DNA from: Terriglobales bacterium
GTDB taxonomy: Bacteria; Acidobacteriota; Terriglobia; Terriglobales; Acidobacteriaceae
Reading direction: 5' to 3'
Assembly (NCBI GenBank): GCA_035629075.1
Contig: DASPIK010000086.1
Location: forward strand, 17,027 to 81,026
DNA length: 64,000 nt
Shown: positions 44,096-52,718 of the stretch, in pieces
Layout of the letters: the number at the start of each line of letters is the position of its first letter
How positions within the stretch are numbered: position 1 is the first letter of the stretch
Position numbers and translations under genes: made by a program
The notes under the pieces: generated by a model
Told to the model about the DNA's origin: nothing
The model's input: the letters and a program-made list of their open reading frames with translations, nothing else
Database searches by the model: none

Positions 44096-45142
44096 ATGTC
44101 CTTAACCAAGGCCCAAGCTCTCGACCTGTTCAGTTCCGACGATCTCATTGGCATCGGCATGGAGGCCGATTCGGTTCGACGCCGCCTTCACCCCGATGGC
44201 GTCGTTACCTACATCATCGATCGCAACATTAACTACACGAATTACTGCACCGAGTATTGCTCCTTCTGCGCCTTCTACCGCCCATTGAAAGGGCCCCTGG
44301 CGAAAGAAGGCTATGTGCTCCCGTTCGAGGTCATCTACGACAAGATTCACGAGACCATCGAGATGGGCGGCACGGGCGTGCTCATGCAGGGCGGCATTCA
44401 TCCGGACCTGAAGATCGACTGGTTTGAATCGCTGTTCAGCGGCATCAAGCAGCGCTTCCCCAGGATTCACCTGCACTGCCTTTCAGCCAGCGAAATACTC
44501 GGCATCGCTGAATACAGCAACATCTCGCTGGAAGAAACAATTAGGCGCCTGCGTGATGCTGGGCTTGATTCCATCCCGGGCGGGGGCGCCGAAATCCTTG
44601 ACGACGAAGTCCGGTTCAAAATAGCCCGCCTTAAGTGCATGACTGACGACTGGCTCGCCGTTCACCGTACCGCGCACAAACTCGGCATGCGGACTACCGC
44701 AACCATGATGTTCGGCGTCGGCGAAACGGTTGAGCACCGAATTAATCACTTCCAGCGCATATACGATCTCCAGGAAGAAACTGGCGGCTTCACAGCCTTT
44801 ATTCCTTGGACCTTCCAGCCCCACAACACCGCTCTTGGCGGTCGCGGATGGGATGAAGCGACCTCAGTCGAGTACCTGAAGACGCTCGCCATTTCGCGAA
44901 TATTCCTATCGAATTTTCAGAATGTTCAGTCAAGCTGGGTGACGCAGGGGACAAAGGTCTGCCAGCTCGGTTTGCGCTTCGGAGGAAATGACGTCGGCTC
45001 GGTCATGCTGGAAGAAAATGTCGTTCGCGCCGCCGGAACCATGAATTGCACTTCGGAAGAAGAGTTGCGGCGCATCATTCGCGATGCAGGCTTCCGCCCC
45101 GTGCAGCGCGATACGCTCTACCGCACTTTCTTCCTGAACTGA
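44096..45142 (+). CDS. mqnC: Radical SAM cyclic dehypoxanthinyl futalosine synthase (MqnC; MqnE not excluded)
   Basis: The internal ATG of ORF 43916-45142 gives MSLTKAQALDLF...VTYIIDRNINYTNYCTEYCSFCAFYR (CxxxCxxC). The upstream 60 codons overlap the DedA-like gene and look non-coding. Confidence 0.75.
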   Translation: MSLTKAQALDLFSSDDLIGIGMEADSVRRRLHPDGVVTYIIDRNINYTNYCTEYCSFCAFYRPLKGPLAKEGYVLPFEVIYDKIHETIEMGGTGVLMQGGIHPDLKIDWFESLFSGIKQRFPRIHLHCLSASEILGIAEYSNISLEETIRRLRDAGLDSIPGGGAEILDDEVRFKIARLKCMTDDWLAVHRTAHKLGMRTTATMMFGVGETVEHRINHFQRIYDLQEETGGFTAFIPWTFQPHNTALGGRGWDEATSVEYLKTLAISRIFLSNFQNVQSSWVTQGTKVCQLGLRFGGNDVGSVMLEENVVRAAGTMNCTSEEELRRIIRDAGFRPVQRDTLYRTFFLN

Positions 45143-45283
45143 TGCGCTGCCTATCTCGGCATGAGTTCTAAGTTCTTTTTTTGACGGACTGGACGTGAAC
45201 ACTCTTACTGAGAACCTTTCGCCGATTCTCACAGCCATCTCCAGCCTAAAATCTGCCTTCTGCTCAGAACGGGAGTATCAGGA

Positions 45284-46993
45284 ATGAAGTCTGTATTGAT
45301 CGTGGTTTGCTGCTGGATCGCCCTCCTGTGCGCTTCAGCAGACGCCCAGAATGCCGTTCAAACGCCCACGCCGGCTGTAGTGCGCGGGACTGTCGTGAAG
45401 GCGAACACCTCCGAGCCCGTGAAGAAGGCAAAGGTAACGCTCTACCCCACTTCTGCAAACTACGTGAGATCCAGTCGGTCTTCTTCCAACGAACCCCTGA
45501 CCACCGTGACTGACGCCTCCGGCGCTTTCGAATTCACAGGCGTCGCACCCGGCGAGTACCGGGCTGTCGCCAGCCGTTCAGGCTATGCCAACGCCGCGTT
45601 CGGGCGCCACAGTGCGGGACAGTTGATCAGCGTGCAAAGCGGGGAGCAGGTTCGAAACATCACTCTCCGTCTCTCGCCGTCCGCAGCCATAACCGGTCGA
45701 GTGGTGGACGAAGATGGCGAACCGATGGCCAACGTGAATATCACGGCGCTCCAGTATCGCTACATGCTTCACGCCCGAAAGCTTATGCCTGTCGGGAGCA
45801 CACAGACCGACGATCGCGGCGAATATCGACTCGGAGAACTCCGTCCCGGACGCTACTTCATTCAGGCAATCGCAACCGCCAACGAAGCTCCAAAGGGCAT
45901 GCGTTACGCAACCCGTTTTTTCCCGGACGCTAATTCGGTTGACGCCGCTTCGCCGATTCAAATTCGGGCAGGCGACGAGGCCGACGCGGCATTTCACCTT
46001 GCCCCCGCAAAGGCAGTTAACGTGAGCGGTGTGATCGTAGGTGCCGATCCCAGACAGCATTACAGTCTCATGCTCTCACAACCCGGTCTTGAATTTCCTA
46101 TGCGCGATGCTTCGCAGGCGGAAGTCAAGGCTGACGGTAGGTTCATCATCAGAGATGTCTTGCCCGGCACGTACCGCCTGCTCGCATACAGCTACGGTAA
46201 TCCGGCCATGACGCGCCGAACCTCGTCTTCGCGCAGTCCGGAGGACTTTGAGCCTGAGATCTCGATGGCACAACAGGAAATCGAAGTCGGAGACACCGAC
46301 GTCGACGGTATTCGCCTGAACCTCGCAGAATCGCGAAAACGCATGACTGAAGTTCCCGGTCAGATCCGAATTCAGTCGGCGAATCCCAAGCCGCTCGATC
46401 AGCTTCGTGTCACCGCTCAACCCACGCGTCTTGAAAGCTTTGCCGACTTCTTTGGCATGGCACAAGGCGGTTCGGGGCGCGTCAACAAAGACGGCAGTTT
46501 CACCCTGAGACTCGGCGCGAGCAGTCGTTATTTCACCAACATCAACGCTACCAGTGATAATTTCCAGGACTTCTATACCAAGTCGGTCACGTATGGCAAC
46601 CGTGACGTAACCGGCAACAGCTTCAACGTTGGCGCAACTGCCGGCAGACTCGAAATCGTCGTCGCTGACGACGGTGCCCGGATAGACGGCACGGTAACCG
46701 ATGCCAACAACCGCCTCTACCCCGGTGCGACCATCATCGCGATACCGGAAACCCAGTATCGCGACTGGTACGAGATGTACGGACGCGCGGAAACCGACCA
46801 GAAAGGGCGGTTCACCATGCGCGGACTTCGCCCGGGCGACTATACGTTGTTTGCCTGGGAAGATACCGAGGACGGAGCGTTCATGGATCCGGACTACATG
46901 CGTCCTTTCGAGCAACTCGGCGTTTCCGTCCGCGCCAAGTCCAACGGTCGGTATGAGATTACTCTCAAACTCGTTCCCGACATGGAAGAGTAA
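45284..46993 (+). CDS. Secreted carboxypeptidase-regulatory-like (CarboxypepD_reg) repeat protein
   Basis: 569 aa with a signal peptide and repeated G-x-V-x-D-x-x-G-x-P beta-sandwich modules (VRGTVVKANTSEPV, ITGRVVDEDGEPMANV, IDGTVTDANNRLYPGA). Confidence 0.7.
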   Translation: MKSVLIVVCCWIALLCASADAQNAVQTPTPAVVRGTVVKANTSEPVKKAKVTLYPTSANYVRSSRSSSNEPLTTVTDASGAFEFTGVAPGEYRAVASRSGYANAAFGRHSAGQLISVQSGEQVRNITLRLSPSAAITGRVVDEDGEPMANVNITALQYRYMLHARKLMPVGSTQTDDRGEYRLGELRPGRYFIQAIATANEAPKGMRYATRFFPDANSVDAASPIQIRAGDEADAAFHLAPAKAVNVSGVIVGADPRQHYSLMLSQPGLEFPMRDASQAEVKADGRFIIRDVLPGTYRLLAYSYGNPAMTRRTSSSRSPEDFEPEISMAQQEIEVGDTDVDGIRLNLAESRKRMTEVPGQIRIQSANPKPLDQLRVTAQPTRLESFADFFGMAQGGSGRVNKDGSFTLRLGASSRYFTNINATSDNFQDFYTKSVTYGNRDVTGNSFNVGATAGRLEIVVADDGARIDGTVTDANNRLYPGATIIAIPETQYRDWYEMYGRAETDQKGRFTMRGLRPGDYTLFAWEDTEDGAFMDPDYMRPFEQLGVSVRAKSNGRYEITLKLVPDMEE

Positions 46994-47056
46994 AAAAGCT
47001 GGACCGCAGTGCGCGGTCCAGCAACCAAGGAGACATCTAGCTTTAGGGGAAAGTCG

Positions 47057-47473
47057 CTATGCTGCCTGCTTCGCCGACTCGGGCTGATAGACCACATCTT
47101 CAATCCGCAGGTGACGAACGCCGGACGGCATCCTCCACTCAACAACGTCGCCAGCGCGGTACCCCAGCAAAGCCGTGCCGATAGGCGCTAAAACGGAGAC
47201 CCGGTTGCGAGTGAAATCAGCGTCACGCGGGAACACTAGCGTATAAGTAGTTTCCTTTCCGCTCTCAACGTCCTTCACCCGCACTGTTGAATTCATGGTA
47301 ACCACATCTCTCGGGACGGACATGGCCGGGACCGTCTCGGCCCGTTCCAACTCTTCCTCAAGCGCCGCAAGATATTCGCGGTCCCGATGAAACTTCCTGG
47401 TCGCCTCCAACAGGCTCCGCAGACGCTCCATGTCCTCGTACGTGACTACGAGCGTTCTCTTGTTTCTCTTCAT
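47057..47473 (-). CDS. rnk: GreA/GreB-family regulator of nucleoside diphosphate kinase (Rnk-like)
   Basis: Internal ATG at 47473, preceded by ggaggttaccca. 138 aa with a C-terminal Gre-type FKBP-like domain (VSVLAPIGTALLGYRAGDVVEW). The upstream 96 codons of the track ORF look non-coding. Confidence 0.8.
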   Translation of the reverse strand: MKRNKRTLVVTYEDMERLRSLLEATRKFHRDREYLAALEEELERAETVPAMSVPRDVVTMNSTVRVKDVESGKETTYTLVFPRDADFTRNRVSVLAPIGTALLGYRAGDVVEWRMPSGVRHLRIEDVVYQPESAKQAA

Positions 47474-47796
47474 TGGGTAACCTCCGCCTGATCTCGCACT
47501 GTCGTCGGCTTTCCGATCCGTCGCGACAGAACAGACAAATGCGCCACCTCCGACTGGATCAGCGTCAACATCGTCCGTTTTTCCTCCTCGTCCATCGCCT
47601 CCCGCGAGAGCAGGTATACAAGATTCGTCAGCTTCTGCAGTGAGTTGTTGAGGTCGCTTCTCAAGCGGTCCTCGTTGCGGTTCGAGCTGTCTGGCGTGCT
47701 GCGGACTGATGGTGACTGCAATGGACTGACCAGGTACTCCAGCGAACTCAAGCACTCCCACTTATCCGAGTAGGCGCCAATTACTTTTGTACTCAC
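47470..47796 (-). CDS. Hypothetical protein translationally coupled to rnk
   Basis: 108 aa with G/C-biased third positions. Its TGA overlaps the rnk ATG (ATGA). No family recognised. Confidence 0.45.
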   Translation of the reverse strand: MSTKVIGAYSDKWECLSSLEYLVSPLQSPSVRSTPDSSNRNEDRLRSDLNNSLQKLTNLVYLLSREAMDEEEKRTMLTLIQSEVAHLSVLSRRIGKPTTVRDQAEVTQ

Positions 47797-48322
47797 TAAC
47801 GATTCCCTCCACGAGGTTACAGAGTGGTAAGGGTGCGCAGGCCTCAGGGGCAGACATGCGCCTGCTAAAGAAAGCAGAAGGGAACGTGGTGGCTAACAAA
47901 TCCGGGCGCAGGTGAAACGAATGACGTTTACGCCGCTCAGCGAAATGGCGGGAGCGGTTTCCGGACGAAACACAAGCGTAGCCGTTCGCGCCAGTAGCGC
48001 ACATGCTGGAACAACCATCAGGTGTGCGGCGTCGGCAACGCGCTTACCATGCGTCAGGGAGAGCGGCGTCGCGACGAACGGCGTCACCATCGCAGCGAAC
48101 AGAACAAACATGGCTGCGAAGGCAACGACCAGGACTAATCGTCTCCCCATCATCATAGGTCGATGTTGGCACAGGCAGCCGGAACAATCAACTTACCTGC
48201 GCACGGTAGCGACGAGACGAAGCTGCTGGTTGGTTCAAGCTTACGCGCAACTTCCGCAACCTAAGCAGCCCTCTTCGCGGTACAATCTTTTTTTCCCTGA
48301 CCGGCAGTCTGTCGGCATTCTT

Positions 48323-49981
48323 GTGTTCGAGGGTCTGGCCCTGATCACCACATTTGCCATTTTTTGGTTCGAGTTCATCCAGCGCCGTGGCGGCGTCAAC
48401 CAGTGGCTCCAGTCGCACGTCTTCGACAAGACTTTCAAGGGCCTCTACGAACTGAACGCGTTCGACCTCTGTCTTCTGATCCCGTACTTCGTGGTCATGG
48501 TCGTTCTGGCCGGGTACGGAATTCATCGCTACATCCTGGTTTACAAGTACTACAAGCACAAGCAGCACAAACGTACCGAGCCGGCCGGATACTTTTCTGA
48601 AGAGCAGCTTCCGGTAGTGACCATCCAGTTGCCGATCTTCAACGAACAGTTCGTCATCGACCGCCTCGTGGACGCCGTCTGCCGAATCGACTACCCCAAG
48701 GACAAGCTAGACATACAGGTCCTCGACGACTCCACAGACGAAACGGTCGAGGTCGCCAGCGCCGTCGTGCGCCATTATGCCGAACAGGGCTATCCGGTCA
48801 GTTACCATCACCGCACGAATCGTCATGGCTTCAAGGCCGGCGCGCTTCAGGCCGGGATGGAGAAATCCCGCGGCGAGTTCATCGCCATCTTCGACGCCGA
48901 TTTCGTGCCGCCCTCAGATTGGCTGCGCAAGGTTATTCACCATTTCACCGATCCCAAGATCGGAATGGTGCAGACTCGTTGGACCCACATCAACCGCAAC
49001 TATTCTTTCCTGAGTGAAGTTGAGGGCATCCTGCTCGACGGCCACTTCGTACTCGAGCACGGCGCCCGCTCCCGTGCCGACGTCTTTTTCAATTTCAACG
49101 GAACTGCGGGTATGTGGCGCCGCAAAGCCATCGACGAAGCTGGTGGATGGGAGCACGACACCCTCACCGAAGACACGGACCTCAGCTACCGGGCGCAGAT
49201 GAAGGGCTGGAAGTTTGCATATTTGCAAGACGTCGAGTGCCCCGCTGAACTGCCGGTCGAAATGACCGCGTTCAAAACCCAGCAGGCACGCTGGGCCAAG
49301 GGACTCATCCAAGTCGGCCTCAAGATACTGCCGCGTGTACTAAAGAACCCCGACGTGCCGAAGCACGTGAAAGTCGAAGCCTGGTACCACCTGACCGCGA
49401 ATATCAGTTATCCGCTGATGATCGTGCTGAGCGTGCTGCTCATGCCCGCCATGATCATCCGCTCCTACCAGGGCTGGTTCCAGATGCTGTTCATCGACTT
49501 CCCGCTCTTCATGGCCTCGACCTTCTCGATTTCCAGCTTCTACTTGGTCTCTCAGAAGGAACTCTTCCCGAAGAAGTGGTATCGCACGTTCGCGTACCTG
49601 CCGTTCCTCATGGCCCTCGGCATCGGTCTGACCGTCACAAACACAAAGGCCGTCATAGAAGCCTTGATGGGCAAGCAGACAGCCTTCGCTCGAACGCCGA
49701 AATACCGCGTCGTCAGCAAAACTGACAAGCCGATCGCCTCCAAGTACCGCAAACGGCTGGGCATCATCCCTTGGATTGAGTTACTGATCGGCTGTTATTT
49801 CGCGTGGACGGTCTACTACGCGTTCAGCACGGAGAACTACTTCACGCTGCCATTCCTGATCCTGTTCGTGATTGGCTACTGGTACACGGGAGCACTCTCA
49901 TTGCTGCAAGGCCGCTTCGAACGCCTCGCCTGGCACGGCGAACCGCAAACAGCGAAGCCGTACCCAGCAGTGGGCTTCTAG
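48323..49981 (+). CDS. Processive family 2 glycosyltransferase (cellulose/glucomannan-synthase-like, integral membrane)
   Basis: Motifs VTIQLPIFNE, VLDDSTDET, AIFDADF, TEDTDLS and QQARWAKG (QxxRW), plus C-terminal TM helices. The start is uncertain. GTG at 48323 is my choice because the track extension back to 47912 is Ala/Arg/Thr-rich and overlaps minus-strand ORFs. Confidence 0.75.
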   Translation: MFEGLALITTFAIFWFEFIQRRGGVNQWLQSHVFDKTFKGLYELNAFDLCLLIPYFVVMVVLAGYGIHRYILVYKYYKHKQHKRTEPAGYFSEEQLPVVTIQLPIFNEQFVIDRLVDAVCRIDYPKDKLDIQVLDDSTDETVEVASAVVRHYAEQGYPVSYHHRTNRHGFKAGALQAGMEKSRGEFIAIFDADFVPPSDWLRKVIHHFTDPKIGMVQTRWTHINRNYSFLSEVEGILLDGHFVLEHGARSRADVFFNFNGTAGMWRRKAIDEAGGWEHDTLTEDTDLSYRAQMKGWKFAYLQDVECPAELPVEMTAFKTQQARWAKGLIQVGLKILPRVLKNPDVPKHVKVEAWYHLTANISYPLMIVLSVLLMPAMIIRSYQGWFQMLFIDFPLFMASTFSISSFYLVSQKELFPKKWYRTFAYLPFLMALGIGLTVTNTKAVIEALMGKQTAFARTPKYRVVSKTDKPIASKYRKRLGIIPWIELLIGCYFAWTVYYAFSTENYFTLPFLILFVIGYWYTGALSLLQGRFERLAWHGEPQTAKPYPAVGF

Positions 49982-50012
49982 GCGTGTAGCGCCCGATGCC
50001 TGTGATGATGTG

Positions 50013-50138
50013 GGGACGGGGCTGCCCCGTCCCAGACTGACGCGACCTGCGAAACAGCCCCGCAGGGGCGGCATTCATTTAGCCCAGCCCGGAAGGGCTG
50101 GGCTCGCGCGTTGAATCGTTCCGAAGCCCCGTAGGGGC
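50013..50138. repeat. REP-like cluster of four perfect GC-rich hairpins
   Basis: Hairpins are gggacggggc-t-gccccgtccc (50013-50033), gcccc-gca-ggggc (50057-50069), agcccagccc-ggaa-gggctgggct (50081-50104) and gcccc-gta-ggggc (50126-50138). The second and fourth share the core AGCCCCG[C/T]AGGGGCG[G/A]CA. Confidence 0.65.
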
Positions 50139-50219
50139 GACACACTGTTGTTCCCACGCTACTCAAGCACAACTAACGTACGATCTGCGTGTTCAAATAC
50201 GAGAGTTGGAGACGCGCCC

Positions 50220-51032
50220 ATGCGAAAGCTGACCATCATCCTTCTGGTGTTCTGTGCCTGCGCAGTCGCGCAGCAAGTTCCCGAAACTACGAACGACGTT
50301 CCCCAATTGAAAACACGCACAGACGTGACGGCCACCGATCGTGAAACCACGGCCGATGCGCAGGCGCCTGAAAAACAACTGTGGATCGTCCCCGCCGGTA
50401 CAAAGATTCCGGTCCAGCTTCGTCAGGCGATTTCCACCAAGAACGCCCAACCGGGCGACCCGATCTATGGCCAGACCACCTTTCCGGTATTCGTCGACGA
50501 CCAGATCATGATCCCGGGCGGCACTTTCGTTCAGGGCGTAGTCGATTCAGTGAAGCGCGCTGGACGCATCAAGGGCACGGCTGAGCTTCGTTTCCACCTC
50601 ACCAGGTTGATTTACCCGAACGGTTACGTCCTGAATATGGCGGCCGCGATCGACCAGGTACCCGGCTCTGAAACCGCCCAGATGAAGGAGCCGGGCACGG
50701 TAAAGCATGATTCGGAGAAAGGTAAGGACCTGGAAAAGATCGGAAGAGGAGCATCGCAGGGAGCTGCGATCGGCGGCGTTGCAGGTGTTGCAGTCAGCCC
50801 CAGCGCACGCGGTTTCGGCGTAGGTGGTTTGGCCGGAATCGCCGCAGGCAGCATGATCGGACTTCTTGCCCGCGGCAGCGATGTTCGCTTTGAAACCGGG
50901 ACGGTTGTCGATGTCGTGCTGAACCACGCCATCGCTCTCGATCAGCAAAAGATCCTTAAGCAGGCAGCCATGCCGGCGTACTATCCCCAGGCGCCAATCA
51001 TGGTGCCAATGCAGCAACGTCCTCAACAGTAG
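50220..51032 (+). CDS. Secreted protein with TrbI/VirB10-like beta-barrel segment and glycine-zipper region, hypothetical
   Basis: An internal ATG gives the signal peptide MRKLTIILLVFCACAVAQQ. VPAGTKIPVQLRQAISTKNAQPGDPIYG...IMIPGGTFVQG...RLIYPNGYV resembles the TrbI/VirB10 C-terminal domain pattern (from memory). GAAIGGVAGVAV...GVGGLAGIAAGSMIG is a glycine zipper. Confidence 0.6.
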   Translation: MRKLTIILLVFCACAVAQQVPETTNDVPQLKTRTDVTATDRETTADAQAPEKQLWIVPAGTKIPVQLRQAISTKNAQPGDPIYGQTTFPVFVDDQIMIPGGTFVQGVVDSVKRAGRIKGTAELRFHLTRLIYPNGYVLNMAAAIDQVPGSETAQMKEPGTVKHDSEKGKDLEKIGRGASQGAAIGGVAGVAVSPSARGFGVGGLAGIAAGSMIGLLARGSDVRFETGTVVDVVLNHAIALDQQKILKQAAMPAYYPQAPIMVPMQQRPQQ

Positions 51033-51042
51033 CGGGTGACGG

Positions 51043-51066
51043 TGCGCCGGGCGAAAACCCGGCGCA
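51043..51066 (+). terminator. Hairpin after the secreted-protein gene
   Basis: tgcgccggg-cgaaaa-cccggcgca starts 11 nt after the stop. No U-tract. Confidence 0.35.
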
Positions 51067-51753
51067 ATATGTGTCTGTCAACCTAGGCGCCTCCGTCCCA
51101 TGAGCTAAGTTGTCGAAGACCAAGAAGATATTCACCCGTCGACCCTGTCGGTTTTACCTCTCCCAATCTGTCACAATGGACGTAGCGGAAGAACGTCGCC
51201 CCGTATCTCATGTTGGATTTTTGGATCTAAGTCCTTTTAAAGCCTGATTTTGCGAGATTTCGGGGGGAGGGGTGCGATTGCTTTACTTCGGGTCATCAGA
51301 CTTAGTCTCCGACCTCGAAACCAGAAACCAAAAAGTGAGATCTGGTGTTATCCTTAGGCAGTGTTGATCTTGTACGTCATCCTTGTGCTGTGTACGGTGG
51401 CTGTCGTCGGCGTGGCGTTCGCTTGCTGGCGTCTTGTCCGGCGGCACCTGCAGTCGGCCCATTCGGAAATCCCTGCCACAGGAGTCCCTGTGACCGCCAT
51501 AACCGGTGTTCAAGGCGATGGCGTCCTGAATCGGCAATAGGCCTCAAGGCATCCGCGAGCAACCGTGGCCAGCGTCCGTCTGCACTAGTGCAGAGGAGTT
51601 CCTGCACGGATGACAACAGCACATGTTTACGGCCGTCAGTAAGCCTGCGGCTCTTGCGTACAGCGTTAGCGCCAAACGGCCACTACCCGCCCGCAAGTCC
51701 TTCAGGTTACTTAACGGCACTAGATAACACGCGCATTACTGGACATCGCATCT

Positions 51754-52641
51754 ATGACGACTCGAGAAATAACGATCGCGCACAGTCCTGATTCAGACGA
51801 CGCATTCATGTTTTACGGTCTGGCGACCAACAAGATCCGCGTACGCGGCTACAAGTTCACCCATACCCTCTGCGATATCGAAACCCTCAATCGCCAGGCG
51901 ATGGAGGGCGAGGGCCTTTACGACGTCACGGCGATCTCGTTCCACGCCTATCCGTATCTGCAGGACAAATACGCGCTTCTGCCCAGCGGTGGCAGCGTTG
52001 GCGACGGATACGGCCCCATGATCGTGGCCCACAAGGCTTACACGCTGGACGAGATCAAGGAGATGACCGTCGCCGTCCCCGGCACTTTGACCACGGCGTA
52101 CCTGGCCTTGAAGTTGTTCGCCCCTGAGATCAAAACGGAAGTGGTGCCTTTCGACCAGATTATTCCCCAAGTTCTCGAGGGCAAGTACCAGGCAGGCCTC
52201 ATCATTCATGAAGGACAACTGACCTACTCCAAGTCAGGACTGTTTCGAGTAGTCGATCTGGGCAAGTGGTTTCGTGATACCGAGAACCTGCCGCTTCCCC
52301 TTGGCGGGAACGCAATCCGCCGTGCTCTGGGGCCCGAGTTGATGACTCTGGTCGCGGCAACCATAAAGGAAAGCATTCAGTATTCACTGGATCACCGTGA
52401 AGAGGCACTTGAATACGCGATGCAGTTTGCTCGAGATCTCGACACACAGTTGGCAGATAAGTTCGTTGGAATGTATGTGAACGAACGCACTTTGGACTAC
52501 GGCTCGGATGGCCGCGAAGCCGTACATCGTCTGCTCGACATGGGTTACAAAGCGGGCGTCATCCCGCACCCGGCAAAAGTCGAATTCATCGACGACCGCC
52601 CTGTGCGCAGGCCAACCGCCCGAACTGCCGTTTCCGACTGA
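51754..52641 (+). CDS. MqnA/MqnD-family menaquinone (futalosine pathway) biosynthesis protein, probably 1,4-dihydroxy-6-naphthoate synthase
   Basis: 295 aa. ITIAHSPDSDDAFMFYGL resembles the MqnD-type SPCPND-x-F N-terminus, in the same fold family as ORF 42374-43216. Confidence 0.65.
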   Translation: MTTREITIAHSPDSDDAFMFYGLATNKIRVRGYKFTHTLCDIETLNRQAMEGEGLYDVTAISFHAYPYLQDKYALLPSGGSVGDGYGPMIVAHKAYTLDEIKEMTVAVPGTLTTAYLALKLFAPEIKTEVVPFDQIIPQVLEGKYQAGLIIHEGQLTYSKSGLFRVVDLGKWFRDTENLPLPLGGNAIRRALGPELMTLVAATIKESIQYSLDHREEALEYAMQFARDLDTQLADKFVGMYVNERTLDYGSDGREAVHRLLDMGYKAGVIPHPAKVEFIDDRPVRRPTARTAVSD

Positions 52642-52718
52642 CCAGACGCGCCGAAAAGACCAAAGGCCTCCACCCTCGTGGAGGCCTTTTCAGCTTTGTT
52701 CACGAAGCCACACTTCGC

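Noticed and set aside
46076-46915. 279-aa minus-strand ORF
   Set aside because: It lies antisense to the CarboxypepD_reg repeat protein gene and has no motifs.
47912-48322. N-terminal 137 codons of the 689-aa ORF assigned to the GT2 gene
   Set aside because: The stretch is Ala/Arg/Thr/Ser-rich with no TM helix or GT2 motif. It overlaps plausible minus-strand ORFs, and a TACAAT box (48281-48286) sits inside it. The true start is probably around 48323, exact codon uncertain.
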